From contig JAGCDJ010000022.1 of the NCBI GenBank assembly GCA_017651185.1, positions 26,688-90,687 on the forward strand: a stretch of DNA of 64,000 nucleotides, in the 5' to 3' direction. A model generated the notes under the pieces. That model did not search any database, was not told the origin of the DNA, and was given only the letters and a program-made list of their open reading frames with translations. The translations under genes and the position numbers were made by a program. Below, in pieces: positions 28,129 to 36,441 of the stretch (positions are counted from its first letter, which is position 1; every line of letters starts with the position of its first letter). The stretch is from Bacteroidales bacterium. Lineage in GTDB: Bacteria; Bacteroidota; Bacteroidia; Bacteroidales; ML635J-15.

Positions 28129-29073
28129 ATGAAGCAAGTTGAAATAACCCACGCCAAGAACGGATTCGGAAAAGCACTGGCCGACCTCGCCGACACCGAC
28201 AAAAGGATTGTCTGCCTCGGACTCGACATCACCAACTCTGTGGGCATGAACTTTTTCAAGGAACGCCATCCCGAAAGGTTCTTCTCGATGGGCATAGCCG
28301 AACAAAATGCAGCAGCAACAGCCGCTGGACTTGCACTTTCGGGAAAAATCCCAGCATTTTCGACCTACGCTGTGTTCTCGGCACTCAGAAGCATCGACCA
28401 GATAAGGGTTTCGGTGTGCTACAACAACCTTCATGTAATAATCGGTGGCGCACATGCAGGTATTTCCGTTGGTCCAGATGGTGCAACTCACCAGGCCCTC
28501 GAAGACCTTGCCATCATGCGTTCGATGCCAAACATGACTGTGCTAAGTCCCTGCGACGAAAATCAGACCTACTTGGCAACCGTTGCAGCAGTAAAGCAAC
28601 TCAACACTCCTTGCTACATTCGCTACGGACGCGAAGCCGTTCCCAACTTTACCGACAAGAACGACAAGTTTGAAATCGGCAAGGCACAATGGCTACGTCA
28701 CGGCAAGGATTTAGGCATAATAGCCACCGGCTCAATGGTTTGGACAGCCTTAGAAACAGCAGAACGACTTGAAACCCAAGGGATTTCCGCAGCCGTAATG
28801 AATATTCACACCATAAAACCAATCGACAAGCAGGCGATAGTTGACATTGCCAACGAAACAGGCAGAATCGTCACCATCGAGGAACACCAGATCACAGGCG
28901 GACTTGGCGGAGCTGTTGCCGAAGTCCTTGGCGAACACCGCCCTACCCCGATTAAAATTATCGGTATGCCAGATTGTTTTGGTGAATCGGGAAAGCCGGC
29001 GGAACTGCTACACAAGTTTGGGCTTGATGCAGAAGCCATTACAGCAAAGATATTGGAATTCATTCACAAATAA
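28129..29073 (+). CDS. transketolase family protein, C-terminal (pyrimidine-binding + C-domain) subunit
   Basis: 314 aa. GIAEQNAAATAAGLA, GGAHAGISVGPDGATHQALEDLAIMRSMPNM and a C-terminal TK_C region. The length matches the split-transketolase B subunit. Confidence 0.88.
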   Translation: MKQVEITHAKNGFGKALADLADTDKRIVCLGLDITNSVGMNFFKERHPERFFSMGIAEQNAAATAAGLALSGKIPAFSTYAVFSALRSIDQIRVSVCYNNLHVIIGGAHAGISVGPDGATHQALEDLAIMRSMPNMTVLSPCDENQTYLATVAAVKQLNTPCYIRYGREAVPNFTDKNDKFEIGKAQWLRHGKDLGIIATGSMVWTALETAERLETQGISAAVMNIHTIKPIDKQAIVDIANETGRIVTIEEHQITGGLGGAVAEVLGEHRPTPIKIIGMPDCFGESGKPAELLHKFGLDAEAITAKILEFIHK

Positions 29074-29083
29074 ACCGACGGCA

Positions 29084-29506
29084 ATGTGCAAGATAACAGT
29101 TAATAACCTTGACGAGCTTCGCGATGCTGCCAAACGTTTCCTTGAAATAGTTGGCGATGCGAAGATTTTTGCATTCTATGGAGAAATGGGTGTAGGCAAG
29201 ACCACATTCCTGAAGGAACTTTGCCGCGAAATGGAAGTCGAGGACGAAATCACCAGTCCCACCTTTGCCATCGTAAACGAGTACTACTCAAAGAAATACG
29301 GACAGATTTTCCATTTCGACTTCTACCGCATCGACGACCTTCGCGAAGTCTATGACATGGGCTTCGAGGAATACCTAGAAAGCGGTGCCTACATCTTCAT
29401 GGAATGGTCGGAAAAAATTGACAACATCCTCCCCGACGGTATTACCAAAGTCATTATCACACAAGACGATAAGAAGGTTAGAACGATAGAGGTGATTCTC
29501 AATTGA
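29084..29506 (+). CDS. tsaE: tRNA t6A37 biosynthesis ATPase TsaE
   Basis: ORF 28841..29506 overlaps the transketolase gene. The internal ATG at 29084 gives a 140-aa protein with the P-loop GEMGVGKTTF and SPTFAIVNEY...HFDFYR, as in TsaE/YjeE. Confidence 0.85.
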   Translation: MCKITVNNLDELRDAAKRFLEIVGDAKIFAFYGEMGVGKTTFLKELCREMEVEDEITSPTFAIVNEYYSKKYGQIFHFDFYRIDDLREVYDMGFEEYLESGAYIFMEWSEKIDNILPDGITKVIITQDDKKVRTIEVILN

Positions 29507-29696
29507 TAATGGACAATTGACAATGGACAATTTCAACTGTCAAGGAATACTTGACTGTTCAACAGTAAGGCAATATTCGGATTTGCCCCACTATTTCGAA
29601 TACATATTCTCGAAAATCAAACAATAAAATCATCGCATTGAAATATTTTTTCTAATTTTGGCGATGTAAAATAAATTTGGACACTACACGGCTATA

Positions 29697-31031
29697 ATGG
29701 TAGAAACAAACCGCATAGAATTCAAAAGCCAATTGACTGATGACCTTGATATTGAGAAGGAAGTCATTTCTTTTCTGAATTATCGGGAAGGCGGTATCAT
29801 ATATATCGGCATTGATAAAGATGGTCATCCTATTGGCGTGGACAACATTGACGCTGCCGTTCTGAAGATTAAGGACAGGATTCGCCTGAATGTCAAGCCG
29901 TCGCCTATGGGTTTGTTTGATGTTCTGGTCGAGAATATTGATGGCGTCGATGTGATTAAAATTTTCTTGGCATCGGGAACGGAAAAGCCATATTACAAAA
30001 CAAAGTACGGCATGAGTACGCGTAGTTGCTACATTCGCGTTGGAACCGCTTCGGAACCAATGCCGACGGCTATGATTGAAGACCTTTTCTCTCATAGGGT
30101 ACGCAATTCGCTGAGAAATATTCCGTCACCACGGCAAAAACTGACATTCCGCCAACTTCATATCTATTATGATTCGAAGGGCTTAGTGCTGAACAATGCA
30201 TTTGAACAGACATTGGACCTTCTTACCGATGATGGTAGATACAATTATGTAGCGTTTCTTTTGGCCGACGAAAACAATGTTTCGATAAAAGTTGCCAAAT
30301 ATTCGGGAACCGAGCGTTTTGATTTGATTTCGAACAACGAATACGGGTATTGCAGTTTGCTCAAGGCTACCGATTTGGTTCTAGATAAATTAAATACCGA
30401 AAACTACATATTCACCCGAAAAACCGAAAAATTCAGGGTTGACACACCTATGTGGGACAAGCTGGCTGTTCGTGAGGCCGTGATAAACGCCATTGTACAC
30501 AACGATTACACTAACGAGGTTGCTCCCAAGTTTGAGATTTTTTCCGATCGGCTTGAGATAACCTCATACGGAACAATTCCTATTGGCTTGACTAAAGATG
30601 AATTTTTTAGTGGGGTAAGCATTCCGCGCAACAAGGAACTGATGCGAGTTTTCCGTGATGTTGAAATGGTGGAGGCATTGGGTTCGGGCATGCCGGTTAT
30701 ACTGCGAAAGTATGGCCGTGAAGCATACGAATTTTCGGAACATTTCATTCATTTGGTAATGCCAGCGAATGAAAATGTCCCTAAAAACGAGCCTAAAAAC
30801 GAGCCTAAAAATGATACCAAAAATGATACCAAAAATGATACCAAAAATGATACCAAAAAACGGCGCGAACTCATTGTAAATCTGATAAAAAGGGACAATA
30901 ACATTTCTATAGCAGAAATTGCAAAAAAAGTAGGAGTTAAACCATTGACCATAAAGCGAGAACTTGCCGAAATGCGGCACATAGTTCAGCATGTTGGGCC
31001 AACCCGTGGCGGACATTGGGAATTTTTGTAG
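29697..31031 (+). CDS. AlbA_2 (divergent AAA / Schlafen-like) + HATPase_c_4-type ATP-binding protein with C-terminal wHTH
   Basis: 444 aa. The N-terminus ETNRIEFKSQL...EVISFLNYREGGIIYIGIDKDG is the AlbA_2 signature. The middle region AVREAVINAIVHNDY is the HATPase_c_4-like part. The C-terminus ISIAEIAKKVGVKPLTIKRELAEM is HTH-like. Confidence 0.78.
   Translation: MVETNRIEFKSQLTDDLDIEKEVISFLNYREGGIIYIGIDKDGHPIGVDNIDAAVLKIKDRIRLNVKPSPMGLFDVLVENIDGVDVIKIFLASGTEKPYYKTKYGMSTRSCYIRVGTASEPMPTAMIEDLFSHRVRNSLRNIPSPRQKLTFRQLHIYYDSKGLVLNNAFEQTLDLLTDDGRYNYVAFLLADENNVSIKVAKYSGTERFDLISNNEYGYCSLLKATDLVLDKLNTENYIFTRKTEKFRVDTPMWDKLAVREAVINAIVHNDYTNEVAPKFEIFSDRLEITSYGTIPIGLTKDEFFSGVSIPRNKELMRVFRDVEMVEALGSGMPVILRKYGREAYEFSEHFIHLVMPANENVPKNEPKNEPKNDTKNDTKNDTKNDTKKRRELIVNLIKRDNNISIAEIAKKVGVKPLTIKRELAEMRHIVQHVGPTRGGHWEFL
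30780..30857 (+). repeat. in-frame 12-bp tandem repeat (about 6.5 units) encoding PKNE-PKNE-PKND-TKND-TKND-TKND-TK
   Basis: CCTAAAAACGAG x2, CCTAAAAATGAT x1, ACCAAAAATGAT x3, and a partial ACCAAA, inside the 29697..31031 CDS. Confidence 0.92.
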
Positions 31032-31285
31032 CAATAAATAATAAACTGAATAATAAGGATAACAAAAAACAAATGATATAACTTAACTTAAAATATTAAC
31101 ATTCTGAGCTTTACGCTCTTATTCTCTTTCAAGCAAAATCGTCAAATCTTTACGAACACGAGAATATGTTTGCGAAATATTCACGTCCTATTGCATGAGT
31201 TGTTTCGGGGTTATTAGTGTTCAAAGTTGTTTTACGATGCAGACTAAACATATAAGCAAAAAAACGAAATAATTCATGCTTTTTT

Positions 31286-31519
31286 ATGGATCCAACCGAC
31301 AAAATACACATAGGGAAACTAATCAGGCAAGTTCTTGCAGAGCAAGGACGGAATATAACTTGGCTTGCAAAGCAAGTAGGATGTTCGCGCGAAAACCTAT
31401 ACAAAATATTTAAACGCGAATGGATTCATACAGACATGCTACAGAAAATCAGCTTGGCACTTGGCTACGATTTCTTCAAGGTGTATTCAGACTGGTACAA
31501 ACGCAAAAACGTGAACTAA
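31286..31519 (+). CDS. small helix-turn-helix protein
   Basis: 77 aa. IGKLIRQVLAEQGRNITWLAKQVGCSRENLYKIFKRE fits an XRE-like HTH. Confidence 0.55.
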   Translation: MDPTDKIHIGKLIRQVLAEQGRNITWLAKQVGCSRENLYKIFKREWIHTDMLQKISLALGYDFFKVYSDWYKRKNVN

Positions 31520-31630
31520 AGTTCCAATTTGTTGAACTAATAATCAACAAAATTTGATATAAATAGCACCATAGTAACATAAAACCATGGGAATACTATG
31601 CGTAATTTTGTCAAAAATAGTAAATGTACA

Positions 31631-33856
31631 ATGGAAGCAGAAAAGAATAGAAAGAATTTTGTCGTGAATAAAATAACGACATTTATAATGTTAGGATTTG
31701 TCGCAATGTTGGCTTGTCAATGTGGTTCTGTTGAAAAACCTGTAGATATAAAAGACTACACACCTTCTAAAGAATTTGAACCTGCGTGGAAAAAAATGCA
31801 ACAGAATACAAATTCGAGTGCAAATACAAGTATAAATGTAAATACAAATGGGTATGACATAGAGGAAACAGTAAGAGCTATGAATGCTTTGGAAGTTGCT
31901 CAGTGTCAATCTGAAGATTTCCTATCATATCTTGAATATGTTGCAAAACAGGATTTTAGTCGTGTAGCGCCAGATGTACTTGAACAAAAGAAAAAACTAT
32001 TTCCAATACTGCAACTACTATTTGATTTGCAGAAACAGTATGAGGAATTTGATGATGTATGGATGTTGATGCGCAGTGCTACAAGCGGAGCAAGTGCTTT
32101 TGCCTCGGAGATAAATCCAGTTGGTGTGCTTGGTGCTATGATGACTGGAGGTGGTTCTTTGAGCAGCAATGTTGGCAGTGGATTAGATAAAGCACAGACT
32201 GCCGCTTTTGATGAATATGAGAAACAAAAGGATTTGAAGCGCAAATTAGAACGAGAAATAGAGGAAATTAGGCTCTCATATATTGAATATTTGGAAGACT
32301 ATGCGCCAGTTTATTATAAGTATATGCAAGAGTGGGATGCTCTATGCCTAAAAAAGGATAAAGCGTACATTGATCTATATGGCGGACGTCCGTTGGAAGC
32401 TTACAATCAAACACAAAACATTTTGAAAGAATATCCGACAAACCGGGAAGCATTGCTGCTAAATGGAATGTCTCTTATTTTGATGGCAAATCAACCACAA
32501 TCTGGACAACAATACGAAACATCTTTGCCGGAAACACTTTCTTCAAATGTAGAGGATCATAAGATTATCAATCCTGAAAAAAGAAATGAACTATTAAGTG
32601 AAGCAGAAAAAACATTAGACAACTATGTTGATTTATATCCTTCTCGCTCTGCACCCGCATTAGTGCTAAAAGGCTTACTATATAGAGAACTTGGGGATGT
32701 GGCAAAGGCTGTTTCATGCTTTGATCAAGCATCAATAGAATATCCTCGTCAAGCCGCAGCATTGACCGACTTGCTTGATAGTTACAAGGCCAGAACATAT
32801 CTGAATAAAACTGTAGAAGGAAAATATCTACTAAGACTCTATCGCTCAACGATGGAAGGATTCGGTATTTTCAGTCCAAACTTGCTTAAGGCCCACTACT
32901 ATGCTGAACATGGAGATACCGAACATTGTAAAAATGAAATATTCAATCACTTTTTCCGTCGTGGCAATCAAGACGTTTACGACTGCTTGCTGAGCGATAT
33001 GCAGTATTGTGAAGACAATTTGTACAGTAGCTTCAGGCAGATTCTTTTAGAACAATCGTTCATTGACATCACAGTAGAACCAACAACGGATTGGAAATTC
33101 TCTGACAATGATGACGAAATCAAGGTGACCATTAACAACCGCTCTGACATTGATTTGGAAAATGTGCGCATTTTCCTATGTCTCCACTACACAGACATGT
33201 ACAAGGACGAGTATGATGTACAAAAACTTCCATCGATCAACATAATCAAGCACAATGATAAAACAGAGATTGGTGTGCTTGAACTTAACTATGAGGACAA
33301 GAAGTACAATGACATCACACGCATACGCGCCATTGCTATGACAGATGACAAAATCTGTTGGATTGACAATGTGGACTATAAGTATATGAAAGCTTCGGAA
33401 AATGCTGCCCGCAATTCAAGTAGCTCAAACAAATCAAACACAGCCAATCTTTCGGTTAAACAGCAACTTCTGAAAGACTTTGATATTGATAGCGAAAAAC
33501 TAGTATCATTAATTGAAAATGGCATTAATGTACATGGAACAACTGGCGGTGGTAGTCTTTGGAGCGGTGTTAAGAATTTCGTATCGGGAAAAGATAATGA
33601 TTTGCGGATAGAACTACCGCGTATGCTAGCCATAATTGATCCAGTGTTTTCCCTATATCAATTAAATGACAACGAAAAGACGGTACGTCCTTCGGAGAAT
33701 TACCTTTCTGGGTCAAATATCCATCTGAAATTTGACTATGAACCTAAGCAAAATGACATGATCCCGCTATACATATATAGCGACTTCGCCAATTTCAAAG
33801 TCACAATCAATTTTGAAAATGGAAAACCAGTGGTGAAAAATGTTGAACAGATGTAA
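31631..33856 (+). CDS. large hypothetical lipoprotein with TPR-like central region
   Basis: ORF 31598..33856. The internal ATG at 31631 gives MEAEKNRKNFVVNKITTFIMLGFVAMLACQCGS (lipobox-like). TPR-like segments (EAYNQTQNILKEYPTNREALLLNG; LLYRELGDVAKAVSCFDQASIEYP). No family recognised. Confidence 0.6.
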   Translation: MEAEKNRKNFVVNKITTFIMLGFVAMLACQCGSVEKPVDIKDYTPSKEFEPAWKKMQQNTNSSANTSINVNTNGYDIEETVRAMNALEVAQCQSEDFLSYLEYVAKQDFSRVAPDVLEQKKKLFPILQLLFDLQKQYEEFDDVWMLMRSATSGASAFASEINPVGVLGAMMTGGGSLSSNVGSGLDKAQTAAFDEYEKQKDLKRKLEREIEEIRLSYIEYLEDYAPVYYKYMQEWDALCLKKDKAYIDLYGGRPLEAYNQTQNILKEYPTNREALLLNGMSLILMANQPQSGQQYETSLPETLSSNVEDHKIINPEKRNELLSEAEKTLDNYVDLYPSRSAPALVLKGLLYRELGDVAKAVSCFDQASIEYPRQAAALTDLLDSYKARTYLNKTVEGKYLLRLYRSTMEGFGIFSPNLLKAHYYAEHGDTEHCKNEIFNHFFRRGNQDVYDCLLSDMQYCEDNLYSSFRQILLEQSFIDITVEPTTDWKFSDNDDEIKVTINNRSDIDLENVRIFLCLHYTDMYKDEYDVQKLPSINIIKHNDKTEIGVLELNYEDKKYNDITRIRAIAMTDDKICWIDNVDYKYMKASENAARNSSSSNKSNTANLSVKQQLLKDFDIDSEKLVSLIENGINVHGTTGGGSLWSGVKNFVSGKDNDLRIELPRMLAIIDPVFSLYQLNDNEKTVRPSENYLSGSNIHLKFDYEPKQNDMIPLYIYSDFANFKVTINFENGKPVVKNVEQM

Positions 33857-33969
33857 CATTTTGGATATTGATTATCCTGCGCAAGTGCTATATCACTTAA
33901 CATTCTCCACGTTTTAGTTAAGATATGTTATCAAGGATTTTCTAGATGGTTTGCATATCAAAATTTCAA

Positions 33970-34010
33970 CATAGTCGGAATCGCATAAAAATATCACGAT
34001 TCCGACTATG
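33970..34010. repeat. perfect 14-bp inverted repeat (stem-loop)
   Basis: CATAGTCGGAATCG (33970-83) and CGATTCCGACTATG (33997-34010) with a 13-nt AT-rich loop. No clear U-tract on the + strand. Confidence 0.85.
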
Positions 34011-34042
34011 ATGATTTAATGGCAAAATGTACTTGCCCATAT

Positions 34043-34129
34043 TTTTACCTATGTTTTGGAACAATATTCTCCACATTTTACCTATGTTTTGAAACATTTT
34101 TACCCAAATTTTACCTATGTTTTGAAACA
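34043..34129 (+). repeat. three 33-bp-phased copies of a 21-bp motif TTTTACCTATGTTTTGRAACA
   Basis: Cores at 34043-63 (one mismatch), 34076-96 and 34109-29. The 12-bp spacers differ. A degenerate related segment ATTCTCCACGTTTTA lies at 33902-16 (compare ATTCTCCACATTTTA at 34066-80). Confidence 0.88.
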
Positions 34130-34382
34130 AATTATTATCTTTATTTAGCAATTAACACCTGATATACAAGTGTTTAAAACCAATAGAAAAGCATACCATG
34201 AAAATGTGTGCAAAAAAAATGAAGAAAACACCTAAACATTATGAAACGGAAAACAAATCTTTAGCTCATTGCTAAATAGCATAATTATCTGGAAATGAAC
34301 AATAAAGAAACAGCACTACAATCTCCTGTGTTCTCCCTATAAAAAAAACACCAATATTGAACTTCCTATCGAAAAAAATTGT

Positions 34383-34390
34383 ATCTTTGC
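34383..34390 (+). promoter_or_regulatory. Bacteroidota -7 promoter motif (TATCTTTG) for tRNA-Leu
   Basis: TAnnTTTG match 12 nt upstream of the tRNA 5' end. Confidence 0.5.
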
Positions 34391-34401
34391 GCCGCAATTC
34401 G

Positions 34402-34483
34402 CGGATGTGGCGTAATTGGTAGCCGCGCTAGACTTAGGATCTAGTGCCGAAAGGCGTGGGGGTTCGAGTCCCTTCATCCGTAC
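34402..34483 (+). tRNA. tRNA-Leu (anticodon UAG), type II with long variable arm
   Basis: Manual fold: acceptor GCGGATG/CATCCGT (G1-U72 wobble), anticodon arm CTAGA-CTTAGGA-TCTAG, variable arm TGCCGAAAGGCGT, T-loop TTCGAGT. Confidence 0.85.
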
Positions 34484-34489
34484 AAGCAA

Positions 34490-34519
34490 CCGCATTTACA
34501 AAAATGATGCGGTTTTTTA
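34490..34519 (+). terminator. rho-independent terminator after tRNA-Leu
   Basis: ACCGCAT/ATGCGGT stem (34490-96 / 34508-14) followed by TTTTTT. Confidence 0.7.
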
Positions 34520-34564
34520 GATTATAAGAATTTGTATTTTTAGTAATTATTAAAAAACGACCTA

Positions 34565-35911
34565 ATGGAAGTTGTAAAAAACCAAATTGACGATTTAAAC
34601 CTTACTTTAAACATCAGCATAAGTAAGGAAGACATTGCAGAAAGCGTAGAAAAGACCTTGAAGAATTACCGCCAGAAAGCGGAAATCAAGGGTTTCAGAA
34701 AAGGCAACGCACCTATGGGACTTATAAGGAAAATGTACGGTCAGGCAGTTTTGGCCGACGAACTTAACAAGTCAGTAGGAAAAGCACTCAGCGATTACAT
34801 TGAAAACGAAAAACTTAACATCCTCGGCGAACCATTGCCAAACGAAGGTACAAAGACCATAGACCTTGCAAAGGACGAAAAGTTTGAATTCGCATTCGAC
34901 CTCGGTCTTGCACCAGAATTTGAAATCAAACTCTCGAAGAGAGACAAACTCAACAAGTACATTGTTAAAGCAGAGGAAAAGGACATCGAAAAGTACATTG
35001 AAGGTTACAGAAGCCAGTACGGCAAGTACGAAGACGTTAAAAAGGCAACAGAAAAAGCACTTATCACAGGAAGTCTCACCCAAATTGCAGAAGATGGTTC
35101 TGAAATTGAAGGCGGCATAAAGAACGATGAAGCAAACCTCGCAATCGAATTCATAAAGGATGCTAAGATCAAGAAACAATTCATCGGTTCTACTGTTGAT
35201 ACAATCATTGACTTCGACATCAAGAAGGCATTCGAGGAAGAAGGCAAGATTGCCATTATGCTGAAGACGAAGAAGGAAGAAGTTGCAAATATGACACCTA
35301 ACTTCCGTCTTGTAGTTAAGACCGTAAAGGAATACAAGCAGGCAGAAATTGGTCAGGATTTGTTCGACAAGTGCTTCGGCAAGGATACAGTAAAGAACGA
35401 AGAAGAATTCAGAACTCGCATCGCTGAAGATATCACTGCATCATTCAAGCGCGAAAGCAAGTACAAGATGATGCTCGACATCAAGGAAAAGCTCCTCAAG
35501 AAACTCGACCTCAAGCTTCCGGAAGAATTCCTGAAACGCTGGGTTAAGGTTACAAACGAAAAGCTCACCGAAGAAGAAATCAACAACGAATTCCCGAAGT
35601 TCCTCGACGACCTCCGCTGGACTCTCATTAAGAACAAAGTCGCTAAGGGCAACGACATAAAGGTTGAGAAGGAAGAACTTGAAAAGGCAGCAAAGGACAT
35701 GGTTCTCATGCAGTTCGCACAGTACGGAATGTCTTATATTCCTGACGAATATGCCGACAAGTACGCAAAGGAACTCCTTCAGAAGGAAGACGAAGTTCGC
35801 CGTATCTACGAACACGAACTCGAAGACAAGGTTGTTGACTTCCTTGCTGAACTTGTAAAGCTCGAAGATAACGAAATTTCAGTTGACGAATTTATGAAGC
35901 TGTTCAAATAA
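34565..35911 (+). CDS. tig: trigger factor
   Basis: 448 aa. The N-terminal ribosome-binding region has GFRKGNAPMGLIRKMYG (the GFRxGxxP signature). The length and domain order are typical. Confidence 0.93.
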   Translation: MEVVKNQIDDLNLTLNISISKEDIAESVEKTLKNYRQKAEIKGFRKGNAPMGLIRKMYGQAVLADELNKSVGKALSDYIENEKLNILGEPLPNEGTKTIDLAKDEKFEFAFDLGLAPEFEIKLSKRDKLNKYIVKAEEKDIEKYIEGYRSQYGKYEDVKKATEKALITGSLTQIAEDGSEIEGGIKNDEANLAIEFIKDAKIKKQFIGSTVDTIIDFDIKKAFEEEGKIAIMLKTKKEEVANMTPNFRLVVKTVKEYKQAEIGQDLFDKCFGKDTVKNEEEFRTRIAEDITASFKRESKYKMMLDIKEKLLKKLDLKLPEEFLKRWVKVTNEKLTEEEINNEFPKFLDDLRWTLIKNKVAKGNDIKVEKEELEKAAKDMVLMQFAQYGMSYIPDEYADKYAKELLQKEDEVRRIYEHELEDKVVDFLAELVKLEDNEISVDEFMKLFK

Positions 35912-35935
35912 ACAGATTCTCAAAACAAACAAAAA

Positions 35936-35959
35936 AGGTCTCCACAAGAGACCTTTTTT
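35936..35959. terminator. bidirectional rho-independent terminator
   Basis: AGGTCTC/GAGACCT stem with a CACAA loop, preceded by AAAAAA and followed by TTTTTT. It sits between convergent tig and the YkgJ-like gene. Confidence 0.8.
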
Positions 35960-35967
35960 ATTTGCTG

Positions 35968-36441
35968 TTATTTCTTAAGCAATTCGTAATCATTTACCTT
36001 CAACCGATTTAGAATATTCCGCACAATTGGACAAGTTTCAGCATTCAACTCGCATATTTTCAATATACTCTTGATATTCTTTGAATCAGTATGCGGATAT
36101 TCGCGACATGCCTTTGTGCGTGAATTGTAGAGCATGCAGTAATTGTCGGGCATAAGGAAAGGGCAAGGCATTTCCTTGAAAACATAGTCGCCATCCTCAT
36201 CAACGCGAAGATACTGGGCGACAAAGGCAGATTCTTTCATTTTCAAATGAGTAGCCATGCGGGCAATGTCGTTTTGTATGAAGCGCGGACCAAGGGAACG
36301 ACAACAGTTGGCACATTGCAGACAATCTATTTTCTCCGACTCTTCATCATGCAGACGATGGAACAAAGCATCCAACTTTTTGCCATCCAAGCGCTTTAGA
36401 CGTTTTATCAAATCAGAGTATTCGCCGTCCATGCTATTCAT
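35968..36441 (-). CDS. YkgJ-family (UPF0153) cysteine-cluster protein
   Basis: 157 aa. CLQCANCCRSLGP and later CPFL...C...C motifs are typical of the zinc/iron-chelating YkgJ family. Confidence 0.72.
   Translation of the reverse strand: MNSMDGEYSDLIKRLKRLDGKKLDALFHRLHDEESEKIDCLQCANCCRSLGPRFIQNDIARMATHLKMKESAFVAQYLRVDEDGDYVFKEMPCPFLMPDNYCMLYNSRTKACREYPHTDSKNIKSILKICELNAETCPIVRNILNRLKVNDYELLKK

Noticed and set aside
28841-29083. Long 5' extension of the tsaE ORF (221-aa version)
   Set aside because: The extension lies out of frame over the 3' end of the transketolase gene and encodes low-complexity sequence. The internal ATG at 29084 gives a normal-length TsaE beginning just after the transketolase stop.
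29501-29533. 14-bp tandem duplication AATTGAYAATGGAC x2.4 starting at the tsaE stop codon, followed by a weak GTCAAG/CTTGAC hairpin
   Set aside because: It is too short and low in complexity to interpret. It is probably slippage debris or a weak terminator region, and no further structure was found.
33966-34151. 61-aa minus-strand ORF (TTG start) with FQNIGK repeated three times
   Set aside because: It is purely the translation of the three 33-bp DNA repeats and the inverted repeat. It has a non-ATG start and no flanking expression signals.
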